A stretch of 64,000 nucleotides of DNA from Turneriellaceae bacterium (GTDB taxonomy: Bacteria; Spirochaetota; Leptospiria; Turneriellales; JAOUFE01), in the NCBI GenBank assembly GCA_050304475.1, contig JBNLDQ010000009.1, forward strand, positions 236,360 through 300,359. The letters run 5' to 3'. Position 1 is the first letter of the stretch. Each line of letters starts with the position of its first letter. Below the pieces are notes generated by a model. That model had not been told where the DNA came from. It did not search any database and saw only the letters and a list, made by a program, of their open reading frames with translations. The translations under genes were made by a program, and so were the position numbers. Of the stretch, positions 26,944 to 37,606 are shown piece by piece.

Positions 26944-29232
26944 ATGAGTAAAGACCGCGGTATAGTAATTCTTGGGGCGGGGAAGTTGCAACAACCCGCT
27001 ATAGAAGCATGCAAGAAAAGGGGATATTCTACTATTGTCGCTGACCAGAACCCGGCAGCACGATGCACGCACCTGGGCGATTTGTTTGTTCCAATCAAAG
27101 GAAATGATCCTGACCAACTTACTGAAGCGTTGAGCCCTTACCGTGGGAGATTTCATGGCTGTTTCACATTAGGAACGGATATGGCTCTATTTGTAGGAGC
27201 AATCAACGATGAATTTCAATTAAAAGGAATCACCCGTAAACAAGGCGATATAATGACGCATAAAGGAAAAATGCGCCAATTCTTTACGGACCACGGCCTC
27301 TTACAACCTCCCTGGTTATGCTCTTCCAGTAAAATGGAAGTTTCGGACTGGATGATAAATCACCCGTTTGAAGCGTATGTCATTAAACCGGTCCGTAATA
27401 TGGGAGCCCGTGGGATTATGTACCTGCAATCGCCCAGAGATTTGAGTTTCGCTTTTGAGTATGCAATAAATTATTCACGGGAAAATGAAGTTATCATTGA
27501 ACCTTATATTCGGGGACATGAATTTTCAATCGATACCTTGACCTGGGAACAAAAAACCTACTCTACCGGATTTGCCGATCGAATAATTGAAATTAAAGAT
27601 GGAAGGTTTTTCATTGAAACCGGACATACCATGCCATCCGCATATCATGAAGAAGTTCATAAGAGCGTTACATTAGAGATGGCAAAAATAGCAAAAGCTT
27701 TGTCTCAAATCGGCGATACTCCTTTTTTTGGGGCATTAAAGGGCGATGTCAGGTTGAGCGAATCATGTGAAATTGTCGTAGGTGAAGCGGCGGCGCGCCT
27801 TTCGGGCGGTTTTATGAGTACGCATACATACCCATTAGCCACAGGCTGTGACCTGATCGAAGCATCTTTGGATATGCTCGAGGGAAAAACGCCATATATG
27901 TTGCAAAAAGGCAAACACCAAAAATATCATTCTGTTGTCATTGAACGAGCTATTGTGGCCCCCCCGGGTAAATTGTCTGATATCACTTCACCTGAAAAAT
28001 CCGATCCATTGAAAAACGGACTCATTGAGTGGATTGAAAATTTTCGAGAAGGCGATATCATTCCCACCTTACAAAATAATGTTGGCAAACTTGCTAATGC
28101 AATTGTACGAGCCCCTTCACTTGGCGAAGCGGAAAACATATGGCAAAAAGTTCGGGAGAGCGTCCGGTTTTCCGTAACTACTCCGGATATAAGCGATAGC
28201 GATATTCGAACCATCGCTAGAAAAAGATTTCGCAAAGATGTTTGCCGCGCTTGCCTGGTTTGCGATGGCGTCGAATGTTCTTCCGGAGTGCCCGGCATGG
28301 GAGGCACCGGCGACATGAAAGGTTTTTGCGAAAGTGTTCGGTTGTTAAATGATATATCCATCAATACGGTAACCACCCCGGCAGAGCCTTCGGAAAAGAC
28401 GGTAAAACCGGGAATAGATTTTAACTTTCTGGGCCAATCTTTTGCCGCCCCTCTCATGATTGCCCCGGTTACAGGAGCCCGCACAAACCTTGGCGGCGCA
28501 ATCACGGAATATGACTATGTCATGGAAACCGGAGCGGCAGGCGATTTGCTCAACCTGGCCGTTATGTACGGAGATGGCGCCACGCCTGATAAATACCATG
28601 TTGGCCTTGAAGCAATCAGACATTTTGGCGGCGGATTCCTGGTGGTAAAACCGCTTGAAAATCAAGAAGAAATCATAACACGGGTACAAGCCGCCGAAAA
28701 AGCAGGCGCCGGCGGCTGGGGGATGGATATTGACTCCGTAGGGATTGCTACAATGGAAGCTCGCGGCCGGAAAACCGTACACAAGTCGGCCGCCGACCTG
28801 CGGGAGATTGCCTCATCTTCAAAGCTCCCTTTTTTCATCAAAGGCATCTCTGACATTGCGGCGGCCGAACTGGCGATTTCCGCCGGGGCCTCAGCCATCA
28901 TGGTTGGCAATCACGGCGGGCGGGTAGATAGTAATACACCGCCCGCCGTTAAAACAATACCGGACATTGCCGCCCATGTGAAAAAAAACTTCCCTCATAT
29001 TTCCGTCATTGCCGACGGCGGCATCCGTTCCGGGGCGGCAATGTTTAAAATGATCGCTCTAGGCGCCGGCGCGGTTTCCGTAGCGCGCCCGGTAGCTATT
29101 GCTACTGTTGCGTATGGCCGCCTGGGCGCACGCGCCTTACTTGCGCGATACATCACCGGGCTAACAAACCTGATGCAAGAAAGAAACCTTCGGTCCGTAA
29201 AAGAGATTTGCCGCGAACACCTGGCGATGTAA
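26944..29232 (+). CDS. ATP-grasp domain fused to an FMN-dependent alpha-hydroxy-acid dehydrogenase domain
   Basis: N-terminal ILGAG..Q, VIKP..NMGARG, IIEPYIRGHEFS, GEAAARLSGG; then CRACLVCDGVEC, IAPVTG, FIKGI, NHGGR, DGGIRSG and ALGA. Confidence 0.8.
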   Translation: MSKDRGIVILGAGKLQQPAIEACKKRGYSTIVADQNPAARCTHLGDLFVPIKGNDPDQLTEALSPYRGRFHGCFTLGTDMALFVGAINDEFQLKGITRKQGDIMTHKGKMRQFFTDHGLLQPPWLCSSSKMEVSDWMINHPFEAYVIKPVRNMGARGIMYLQSPRDLSFAFEYAINYSRENEVIIEPYIRGHEFSIDTLTWEQKTYSTGFADRIIEIKDGRFFIETGHTMPSAYHEEVHKSVTLEMAKIAKALSQIGDTPFFGALKGDVRLSESCEIVVGEAAARLSGGFMSTHTYPLATGCDLIEASLDMLEGKTPYMLQKGKHQKYHSVVIERAIVAPPGKLSDITSPEKSDPLKNGLIEWIENFREGDIIPTLQNNVGKLANAIVRAPSLGEAENIWQKVRESVRFSVTTPDISDSDIRTIARKRFRKDVCRACLVCDGVECSSGVPGMGGTGDMKGFCESVRLLNDISINTVTTPAEPSEKTVKPGIDFNFLGQSFAAPLMIAPVTGARTNLGGAITEYDYVMETGAAGDLLNLAVMYGDGATPDKYHVGLEAIRHFGGGFLVVKPLENQEEIITRVQAAEKAGAGGWGMDIDSVGIATMEARGRKTVHKSAADLREIASSSKLPFFIKGISDIAAAELAISAGASAIMVGNHGGRVDSNTPPAVKTIPDIAAHVKKNFPHISVIADGGIRSGAAMFKMIALGAGAVSVARPVAIATVAYGRLGARALLARYITGLTNLMQERNLRSVKEICREHLAM

Positions 29233-29348
29233 AGATTGCGGAATCGTTGACGATGCCGCCCCTCTTTTAACTTTGTATTATCGGTTCTCCCTACACGAAT
29301 GTAACGATTGAACCCATTTTAAAATAACATAACAAGAAAGAAGGCATT

Positions 29349-32258
29349 ATGAAACTCGAACCGGGAACAAAATTACATCATTTTACCCTGCAACAATCCT
29401 TTGAAAGTCCGGAGATCAAAGCCACAATTCATGTATTTGAACATGACAAGTTAAAAAACCAGTTGATCGCGATTAAAAACAATGACCCCAACAAATGCTT
29501 CTGCCTGGGCTTTCGCACTATCCCTTCGGATTCTACCGGCGTCCCCCATATCCTGGAGCATTGCGTGTTATCCGGTTCTCAAAAGTATCCGGTAAAAGAT
29601 GTTTTTTCCGAACTTGTAAAAGGCGGGCTGACGACTTTTTTAAATGCCATGACCTATAGCGACAAAACCCTTTACCCTTTTTCAACCCGCAACGAAAAAG
29701 AGTATTTTAATCTCATGGATGTTTACATGGATCTTACGCTCAACCCTCTCATTGAACAAGATACATTTATGCAGGAAGGATGGCACCATCAGAAACTAAC
29801 GAAAAATGATAAAATGGAATTTAATGGGATTGTCCTTAACGAAATGAAAGGCGCCTTTTCCGACCCTATCCGAAAAATGTGGGAGAAGATATCCATGTTC
29901 CTGATCCCCGGCTCTACCTATGCCGTCAGCTCAGGCGGTTACCCTGCGGATATCGTCGACCTGACATACGAACAATTTGTCGACTTTCACACAAAGTTTT
30001 ATCACCCCTCGAATTCCGCTGTGGCCATTTATGGCGACGCCGACCTTGACAAAGAACTTGCTTTTATTGACGGTTTTTTCTCCCGCTTTGAATATTCCGA
30101 AATTGATGGCCGGGTCGTCGAAGGAAAGCCGATCACCGAACCTTGCGTTTTAACGGAAAAGTTTTCAGTGAAAAAAGCCGCAGAAGCCAGACCGTACCAA
30201 GCCTTTGCCGCATATACGGGCAGGCTTGAAAATATTGAAAAAAACATCGCTTTTGAAATTTTAACGAATATTTTATTTAATTCCGAAGCCTCGCCTTTAA
30301 AAAGAGCAATGCTTGAAGCCAACCTTGGAAACGAAGTCGGTTGTATTTACAATGACTTGGTCCAGACTTTTTTATTTTTATATGCCCTGGGGGCCAAGCC
30401 AGACCAAGAGCAAAAGTTTATGGAAGTGTACCGAAACACACTGACAAAAATTGTCAAAGACGGGGTCGATAAAAAACTCATTGAGGCGGAACTAAACACA
30501 TACGAATTTGACCGGCGCGAACAAAACGCCAGCGCGAAACGGGGTATGGAATATGTGATTGAAGCCTTATCCACCCATTTCTACGACCTTGATTTAAAAC
30601 ACACTTTTGAGGCAAACCTTATCATGGATAAGATTCGAAAAGAATCCCTGGAAGGCGATTATTTTGAACAAATGATCCAAAGCCTGCTTCTTGAAAACGA
30701 GTCAACCGTTCTTGTGACCATGCTTCCCGCCGAAAATTATGAAGATGACGATGAACGCCGTTTGCGTGAAAAACTGGAATCTTTTGAAAAAAACCTGACG
30801 GATGATGAAATTGAAAAAATAATCGAAAAAAGCAAAGCCTTAAAAGAAAAGCAAGTGCAACGAAATACGCCTGAACAACTTGCCTTGTTACCTAAATTGC
30901 GCCTTTCGGACATCAAACCAGATGTAAAAGAACATCACCTGAAAATTGGCGAAATCCGGGGAGCGCAAAGCTTAATAACCGAAAACGACACAAATGAAAT
31001 TGCCTATCTCTCGATCGGTTTTGATACGCAATGCCTTGCTATTGAAGATCTGCCTTATCTGACAGTCTTCGGTCAAATCCTTTGCGAGATCGGAACGCAA
31101 CAAAAAGACTATATGGAACTTGCCAAAGAAATTGGCGCTTATACCGGGGGTTTTACATCGCTGTATGAAAACTATTCTCACCTGGAAAGCGACTCGTACC
31201 GGCCTGTTCTCTGGTTTAAGGTAAAGTCTTTGCGCCGCCACCTTGAGAAGATGTTTGAAATTGTAGAAGACGTTTTTAGTTCAACGGTTTTTGACCAGCC
31301 GGATCGCCTGCATGAAATAATCGAACGTCTTTTTTCAGGTATGCAATACAACCTCTCTTCCGAAGGATATTACGTTCCATTGAACAGGCTATCGGCCTAT
31401 TTAGGCGAAAAGGGAGTCTATAACGAATTGGTGCACGGTTATACCCTTTTTGAGACGTTAAGCCATCTCAGTAAAGAAGGCAAACCCGCTTTAACACAAT
31501 TTGTGCAGCGGCTGCAAAATATCTTTGCCCAATTGATTTGCACCGATAACTTGATTTTTCATTTAAATGGAGAATCCCGCGATATCGCCGCCCTAAAAAC
31601 TTTTTGCGACAGGTTTGCTCAAATGTTAACAACAAACGGTAACCGGGAAAGCAAAGCAAATGAATTCCCTTCGTTTCATCCGAACCAGGCTTTTACCACC
31701 TCTGCCGATGTTGTCTACGCCGGGATTGGCGGCAATATACGAAAAGCGGGCGTAGAGTATTCGGGGCGCCTTGAGGTCATGCGAAAATTTCTGGATCGTG
31801 ATTTTTTGTATAATCGAATTCGCGTTCAAGGCGGCGCCTATGGAAACTTCAGCCGCTTGAACCGTCTTACCGGCAACCTGCTGTTTGTCAGCTACCGGGA
31901 TCCGAACGTAGAAAAAACGTATAAGGCATACCGCGATATGCCGGCAGAGTTGGCCGCCTTTAGCTTAAGCGATTCAGAACTCGAACAGTTGAAAATTAGC
32001 GCCTATTCCGCATTTGACCCTTTGCTTAGCGAAGCGCAAAAAGGAGCCAAGGCGCGCGATGACTTCATGCGGGGTATCCGCAAAGAACATACGGAACAAA
32101 CCATTGAAGAAATACTATCCACATCGCGCGATGACATTGTGGCATTTGCCGAACCAATCAAACAATTCTTAGACAACGCATACGTCAGCGCCATCGGGAA
32201 CAGCGCCAAGCTGGAAGCTGCAAAGGCAATATTTTCAGAGTTGATCTCTGTCATTTGA
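29349..32258 (+). CDS. Insulinase-family (M16C, PreP-like) metallopeptidase
   Basis: GVPHILEHCVLSGS (HxxEH), TTFLNAMT, NEMKG, IRVQGGAYG and SYRDP. Confidence 0.93.
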   Translation: MKLEPGTKLHHFTLQQSFESPEIKATIHVFEHDKLKNQLIAIKNNDPNKCFCLGFRTIPSDSTGVPHILEHCVLSGSQKYPVKDVFSELVKGGLTTFLNAMTYSDKTLYPFSTRNEKEYFNLMDVYMDLTLNPLIEQDTFMQEGWHHQKLTKNDKMEFNGIVLNEMKGAFSDPIRKMWEKISMFLIPGSTYAVSSGGYPADIVDLTYEQFVDFHTKFYHPSNSAVAIYGDADLDKELAFIDGFFSRFEYSEIDGRVVEGKPITEPCVLTEKFSVKKAAEARPYQAFAAYTGRLENIEKNIAFEILTNILFNSEASPLKRAMLEANLGNEVGCIYNDLVQTFLFLYALGAKPDQEQKFMEVYRNTLTKIVKDGVDKKLIEAELNTYEFDRREQNASAKRGMEYVIEALSTHFYDLDLKHTFEANLIMDKIRKESLEGDYFEQMIQSLLLENESTVLVTMLPAENYEDDDERRLREKLESFEKNLTDDEIEKIIEKSKALKEKQVQRNTPEQLALLPKLRLSDIKPDVKEHHLKIGEIRGAQSLITENDTNEIAYLSIGFDTQCLAIEDLPYLTVFGQILCEIGTQQKDYMELAKEIGAYTGGFTSLYENYSHLESDSYRPVLWFKVKSLRRHLEKMFEIVEDVFSSTVFDQPDRLHEIIERLFSGMQYNLSSEGYYVPLNRLSAYLGEKGVYNELVHGYTLFETLSHLSKEGKPALTQFVQRLQNIFAQLICTDNLIFHLNGESRDIAALKTFCDRFAQMLTTNGNRESKANEFPSFHPNQAFTTSADVVYAGIGGNIRKAGVEYSGRLEVMRKFLDRDFLYNRIRVQGGAYGNFSRLNRLTGNLLFVSYRDPNVEKTYKAYRDMPAELAAFSLSDSELEQLKISAYSAFDPLLSEAQKGAKARDDFMRGIRKEHTEQTIEEILSTSRDDIVAFAEPIKQFLDNAYVSAIGNSAKLEAAKAIFSELISVI

Positions 32259-33524
32259 CCTGGGCGACAGGGGCAAATACGGACCCCGCCGCAAAGTAAT
32301 CAATGTGATTTCCGAAGGCACTCCAATGCGGATTGGCGGCCCCCAATAGCCCGTTCCCCGGTTCACATTGATCCACATTTTTTCCCGGTGCAAATGAAGG
32401 CCGGTAGCGTAGGGGTAGATAAAATGCACGGCCAACGTCCAGGGGAAAAACTGCCCGCCATGAGTATGACCTGAAAGTTGCAGATCAACTCCGGCCTCGA
32501 GAGATCTTTCCAAAGCGTATGGTTGGTGCGCTAATAAAATTTTTACGTCGCGGGGATCCGCATTTATAAACGTTTTTTCCGGCTCATAACGATGACCGGC
32601 GTTACGTAACCCTTCGCGAATATCCGGAACGCCGCCAATGACCAGATCCCGTTGATTCGGTTTCGCCTGGTCGCCGCCCTTTCGGGAAATTGCAATTCTG
32701 TCATGATTATTCATCAGCACTTTCATTCCCAGACGCTCCGTTTCCTTCATCCATTCGCCAACCCCGGAATAATACTCATGGTTGCCTGTTACAAAATAAG
32801 TGCCATAGGTTGAGTGCAGGTCCGCTAACGGCGCGGTTTCGTTCCGCAGGTTGGCGACACTGCCATCGACCAGATCGCCGGTTATGGCCACCATATCCGG
32901 AACCAGGCGATTTGTCCGATTCACCAGCATTTCGACAGTATCGCGTTTTATGGTTGGGCCGACATGAACGTCAGAGAGTTGAACGATCTTAAACCCGTCA
33001 AATTCCGCCGGCAGATGCGGCAAAAATACATCATGAGAAAAAAGCTGAGGTCCGCGGATGACGGCAGTATGACCGTAGCCCGCCATGGCGATCCCCGCCC
33101 CCAACAAAGCGTGATTCGAGCGCAATAAAAACGCGCGTCTTGAAATAAACTCCCCTTCTTTATCCGAATTCGAAAAATTTTCTGCGCCGCTCTTTCTCTT
33201 TCTTTTTGTTAAAACCCAAGAGAAAAAACGGTATAGGGCCATTGCAATATCGCGGGCAACGGAAAAAGGAAACAAAATAAACACAAAGCCGAAAATAAAA
33301 AAAGCGACCCAGGAAAAAATATCAAGCGCAGCTCCGTTTCTATGCAGTAAAAAAAAAGGGAGCATTGGAAGATAGATAAAGACAAACAAAGCGCGCCGGG
33401 ACCATTTTTTTTGCTTTTCCGTAAGCGTTGAAACCTTCACAAACCGAGCGTTAAAATAGTAGTACACCAAAAAATAAACGATGGCGACAAAAGAGGTAAA
33501 AAACAAAATCGACTTTATATCCAT
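32235..33524 (-). CDS. Membrane-anchored metallophosphoesterase (YkuE/YaeI-like)
   Basis: SDVH, TGDLVD, GNHEYY, LAHQP, SGHTHGGQ and GTGYWGPPIR; three N-terminal TMs. Confidence 0.9.
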   Translation of the reverse strand: MDIKSILFFTSFVAIVYFLVYYYFNARFVKVSTLTEKQKKWSRRALFVFIYLPMLPFFLLHRNGAALDIFSWVAFFIFGFVFILFPFSVARDIAMALYRFFSWVLTKRKRKSGAENFSNSDKEGEFISRRAFLLRSNHALLGAGIAMAGYGHTAVIRGPQLFSHDVFLPHLPAEFDGFKIVQLSDVHVGPTIKRDTVEMLVNRTNRLVPDMVAITGDLVDGSVANLRNETAPLADLHSTYGTYFVTGNHEYYSGVGEWMKETERLGMKVLMNNHDRIAISRKGGDQAKPNQRDLVIGGVPDIREGLRNAGHRYEPEKTFINADPRDVKILLAHQPYALERSLEAGVDLQLSGHTHGGQFFPWTLAVHFIYPYATGLHLHREKMWINVNRGTGYWGPPIRIGVPSEITLITLRRGPYLPLSPRSNDRDQL

Positions 33525-33671
33525 TGATGCATCACTGCAGCGAGTAGCCATAGCATCAATGCCTTTTTTACAGGCCTCTGCCGCATGTTTTAAATTCCGC
33601 AAGGGAACAAATGAGAGACGCCATATAGTTGAAACAAGTTGACAATATGTCTAAAAGCGGGGGTTTAGCCC

Positions 33672-33935
33672 ATGCCAACATACGATTACAAATGCCCCGA
33701 ATGCGGAGAAGTTTTTGAAAAGTTTCACGGCATTAACGAAGAGCCGCAAATAAGCTGCCCGTCATGCAATACAATTGCGACAAAGCAGATCGGAATGGGC
33801 GCCGGAATAGTCTACAAAGGCAGCGGTTTTTATACCACGGATTATAAAAAACCTGCGGCGCAAGCGACAAAACAACAAGAGGCAAAAGCGTCGTCAGCGC
33901 CATGCGCGAACGGCGGTTCATGCGGATGCGCATGA
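33672..33935 (+). CDS. FmdB-family zinc-ribbon protein
   Basis: MPTYDYKCPECG...CPSC...YKGSGFYTTDY. Confidence 0.9.
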   Translation: MPTYDYKCPECGEVFEKFHGINEEPQISCPSCNTIATKQIGMGAGIVYKGSGFYTTDYKKPAAQATKQQEAKASSAPCANGGSCGCA

Positions 33936-34879
33936 TGCCAAAATCCCGCTTTATTCATCAGATTATTACCAACCTGATTTTGTTTCCGGCGATTTTTTAT
34001 GTCGCTTCTTCGGGCTGTTCCCTTGAAAAAATAGTAAACAAGGCTTTTACCGAAAATCTCGGTAAAATGAGGCCTGTGTTTGAAGAAGAGTCCGACCTTG
34101 AAATCGCCCAGGTTGCCATGACAAGCAATCTAAAAAACCTGGAAGCTCTCAGCCGAACCTACCCTGACTCGCGCGAAATCAACCTTTTTCTGGCAGAATC
34201 TTACGCGGTTTATACATTAGCCTTTGTCGAAGATCTTGCGCAAGAACTTGAAACGATCGACCCGGAAAAAAGCGCCTACCACCGGGAAAGAGCCATTGCC
34301 CTTTATCTGCGGGCGCGCGATTATGCGGCAAGAGAATTTTTACCGCTACTTCAGGGAAAAAACCCTGAAAAAATGAGCAGCCGGGATTTGCGGGCCGCTT
34401 TGCAGGAACTTGGCCCTGAGCATGTCGCCGAGCTTTTCTGGTACGCTTTTTCGTGGGGTTCCGCAATTAACTTAAACAGGGACTCTCTTGCGTCTCTTTC
34501 AAACCTGGCAACCGTAGCAGAGATGATGAAGCGGGCCAAAGAACTGGATGAAAATTTTTATTTTGCCGGCCCCCTGCTTTTTGAGGGGATCTATTACGGC
34601 AGCCGCTCCGTAATGCTAGGGGGCAACCCTCAAAAATCCATTGAAGCATTTGAAAAAGCCTTAAAAATGACAGATCATAAAGTATTGATGGTACACTATT
34701 ACTATGCCTCTACTTATTGCGTTCAGTACCAGGATTTAACAAGATTTCGCCGTCTGGCAGCACAAGTACATGAAGCGCCGGTGGATATCTACCCGGAACA
34801 AGTCTTAGCCAACCAGGTTGCCCGAAGAAAAATGGAACGAATGAACGCAAGAGCCGCCGATCTTTTTCTTGAGTTTTAA
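33932..34879 (+). CDS. TRAP transporter TatT-family lipoprotein
   Basis: Lipobox SSGC; EESDLEIA, LFWYAFSWG, LDENFYFAG, MLGGNP..S...FEKAL and N..A.RK pattern. Confidence 0.8.
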   Translation: MMPKSRFIHQIITNLILFPAIFYVASSGCSLEKIVNKAFTENLGKMRPVFEEESDLEIAQVAMTSNLKNLEALSRTYPDSREINLFLAESYAVYTLAFVEDLAQELETIDPEKSAYHRERAIALYLRARDYAAREFLPLLQGKNPEKMSSRDLRAALQELGPEHVAELFWYAFSWGSAINLNRDSLASLSNLATVAEMMKRAKELDENFYFAGPLLFEGIYYGSRSVMLGGNPQKSIEAFEKALKMTDHKVLMVHYYYASTYCVQYQDLTRFRRLAAQVHEAPVDIYPEQVLANQVARRKMERMNARAADLFLEF

Positions 34880-34896
34880 TTTCCGGCAGGCTTGGT

Positions 34897-35799
34897 TTGA
34901 AACTTTTCAATCATAAACAGCGTATTGGACCTGTCATCCTGGCTTCGGCTTTTCTTTTTTATTTTGCCACGGTTTTTGTTCGGTTAGGCCACGACGCGAC
35001 CAATGCGCACCCTCTTTACTTTTTAGCAGCCCGTTTCTGGCTGGGGTATCTGGTCATTTTACTCTGGAAACACCGCAATTTACACCGAAGCGAAATGGCC
35101 TTTGAGGCAATCAACAAAAAGTGGTTGAGACGCCGGGCGCTCTGGAATGTCATTGCCGTTTTTTGTTTTTACCTCGGCGTAATTTACGGCAGCGTAACGG
35201 GCTCCAATATTTTAAATATGACCCACCCTGCTTTTGTCGCTATTTTCTCAAGCTGGCTTTTGCATGAAATGATCGGCGGCCGGGGGTGGTTAGGCGTGGC
35301 TTTGGCTATATCGGGGGCTTTCCTCATTATCGGCGGCGGCGGAGCGGTACACTTTATGCCCGGCGACCTCTTCGGGTTGCTTTCGGCCATTACCGCCGGA
35401 CTGGCCCTTACGGCCCTGCGAAAAACAAGACTCACCGATTCGACAAATGTAATTATTTGGTATGTTTTCCGCATGGGCTTTTGGTTGACTGTCTTTCCCA
35501 TTGCTTACCTTTACCTTTTTACGCAAGAGCGTTTAAACCTTGAAGCCTCCGTTTATGTCTTGCTCTCGGCAATATGCGGAATCCTGGGCCAGCTTGCACT
35601 AACATACGGTTTTAAATATGTTTCGGCAGTCCGCGGTTCGATCTTGTCATCTTCGCGCCTGGTAATCGCTCTTGTCTTTGGCTGGCTCTTCTGGCAAAAT
35701 GAAATGAATGCAGCGAAGATATGGGGCGCGCTGAGCGTGCTTGCCGCCAATATCCTTTTGGCGCAAGAGAAACAAAACCAGGCGAAAAAGAGGGCTTAA
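34897..35799 (+). CDS. DMT/EamA family transporter
   Basis: About ten TM helices in two EamA repeats (ARF, T.PAFVAIFS..LLHE, GDLFGLLSA). Confidence 0.85.
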   Translation: MKLFNHKQRIGPVILASAFLFYFATVFVRLGHDATNAHPLYFLAARFWLGYLVILLWKHRNLHRSEMAFEAINKKWLRRRALWNVIAVFCFYLGVIYGSVTGSNILNMTHPAFVAIFSSWLLHEMIGGRGWLGVALAISGAFLIIGGGGAVHFMPGDLFGLLSAITAGLALTALRKTRLTDSTNVIIWYVFRMGFWLTVFPIAYLYLFTQERLNLEASVYVLLSAICGILGQLALTYGFKYVSAVRGSILSSSRLVIALVFGWLFWQNEMNAAKIWGALSVLAANILLAQEKQNQAKKRA

Positions 35800-36914
35800 A
35801 AAAAGGTCATGTCGGAATCATCGGTTGCGCCTTCGTCTTCCAATAAACCATCCACCGTATAAATTTTCACCTCTTCCGATTTACCCCGGATACTGGATAC
35901 TTTGACAGGCCTGCTTTTTACTTTTGAATATACCGCGTCATAGGTTTTTCCGTCGATTAATATATCGGTGTCTATTTTTTTCGTGAGATTTTGCAGCCGA
36001 CTGGACGTATTGACGACATCTCCAATGACCGTGTACTCCATCCTGCGGTACGACCCGATATTCCCGGCAAAAACTTCGCCGGTGGCAATTCCGATGCCAA
36101 CTTTTAAACTTTCATCAAGATACTTGGGTTTGACCTGGTTAAAAAACTTAATGGTATTGGTAATTGCCAGGGCGCATTTCACTGAGTTATACGCATCGTT
36201 TTCAGTGTTAAACGGAGCGCCAAAGGTGGCTAAAATGGCATCGCCAATGAGCTTGTTCACGGAACCGTCATGGCTTAAAATTAAATCCATGACATCGGTA
36301 AAAATCAGGTTTAAAAGATCGGCAACCAAATCCGGTTTTAAACTTTCGCTGATCTTGGTAAAGTTGCGAATATCGAAAAACAAAATAGAAGCGGTTAAAT
36401 TTTCGCCGGAAAGTTTGGAGCGGTCATCCGAGGCGACAATTTTCGAGACAACGTCATCGGAAAAATAGTGCGATAAAATTTCTTTTTCGGCGACCAGTTT
36501 CATGTTCAGGGCGTCCAAAGCTTCGCGGTAAGCTCTCCGGTCCATGAGCTTCCGAAGCTTCAGGGCAAGTTCATGGGTTCGCACCGGTTTATAAATAAAA
36601 TCATCGGCTTGCTTCATCAGCCCCAAAATCGTAGTATCTTCGGATGTGTCGGCAGACATCATGACAATCACGGAATCTTCCAGGCGTTTGTCCGAACGGA
36701 TTTCATCGAGAATATCAATGCCGTTTTTCCCCGGCAAATAAACATCGAGCAAAATAATATCGGGAACCCATTCGAATGCCGCAGTAAGTCCGTCATCGCC
36801 GGTTTTTTCTTCGCGGACATCATACCCAAGACCTTCAAAGAACTTGATGAGAATTGCACTTTGCACTTCATCATCTTCAACGATCAGCATTTTTTCAGGC
36901 GCTTTTTTATCCAT
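35796..36914 (-). CDS. Response regulator with class III adenylate cyclase output
   Basis: REC (VEDD, LLDVYLP, KP) and cyclase (FFDIRNFT, NKLIGDA, EYTVIGDVVNTSSRLQ). The K/T specificity residues point to ATP as substrate. Confidence 0.9.
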   Translation of the reverse strand: MDKKAPEKMLIVEDDEVQSAILIKFFEGLGYDVREEKTGDDGLTAAFEWVPDIILLDVYLPGKNGIDILDEIRSDKRLEDSVIVMMSADTSEDTTILGLMKQADDFIYKPVRTHELALKLRKLMDRRAYREALDALNMKLVAEKEILSHYFSDDVVSKIVASDDRSKLSGENLTASILFFDIRNFTKISESLKPDLVADLLNLIFTDVMDLILSHDGSVNKLIGDAILATFGAPFNTENDAYNSVKCALAITNTIKFFNQVKPKYLDESLKVGIGIATGEVFAGNIGSYRRMEYTVIGDVVNTSSRLQNLTKKIDTDILIDGKTYDAVYSKVKSRPVKVSSIRGKSEEVKIYTVDGLLEDEGATDDSDMTFF

Positions 36915-37030
36915 AATTACAATCGCAGAGAAGAGTTGAAAGTTCTTGACGACACGAAGTCGCAAAAATCACTTCGACGATACTCTCCTTCAATTTTTAT
37001 GAAGGGTTAAGAAATGGAAAGGATGCGTCA

Positions 37031-37606
37031 ATGATTTTCAGAAATTATCCGGTTTTACATCCATGGCACTCGCAGGAAATCGGGGAAAACCCCCCGGAGT
37101 TCCTGAATGCCGTTATTGAAATACCAAAAGATTCAAAAGTAAAGTATGAGCTCGATAAAAGAAGCGGGTTTATCAAGGTGGATCGTGTGCTATACGGTCC
37201 CTACGTTTACCCGGCAAATTACGGTTTTATCCCGCAAACCTATTGCGACGACGGCGACCCGTTGGACATCATGGTATACTGCCAGCAACCTATTTACCCC
37301 AGGACCATTGCCCCGGCCCGCGTGATCGGCGGTTTAAAAATGTTTGACCAGGGGCAAGGCGACGACAAGATTTTCGCCGTAATGGAAGGCGACCCGGCCT
37401 ATAAAGGTATCCGGGATATTTCGCAAATGCCTGACTACCTTTTGCAAGAGCTCAAAGAGTTTTTTACAAACTACAAGAACCTGGAAAAAAAAGAAGTCGA
37501 AGTCATTGATTTCTACGGCCGGGAACAAGCGCTAGAAGCGGTAAGCAGCGCCCTTGCTCTTTATCGTGAAAAAGCAGAAGAACTGCAAAAAAAAGACAGC
37601 ACCTGA
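37031..37606 (+). CDS. ppa: Inorganic pyrophosphatase (family I)
   Basis: IEIP, KYE, YPANYGFIPQT, DDGDPLD, DDK and FFTNYK. Confidence 0.95.
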   Translation: MIFRNYPVLHPWHSQEIGENPPEFLNAVIEIPKDSKVKYELDKRSGFIKVDRVLYGPYVYPANYGFIPQTYCDDGDPLDIMVYCQQPIYPRTIAPARVIGGLKMFDQGQGDDKIFAVMEGDPAYKGIRDISQMPDYLLQELKEFFTNYKNLEKKEVEVIDFYGREQALEAVSSALALYREKAEELQKKDST

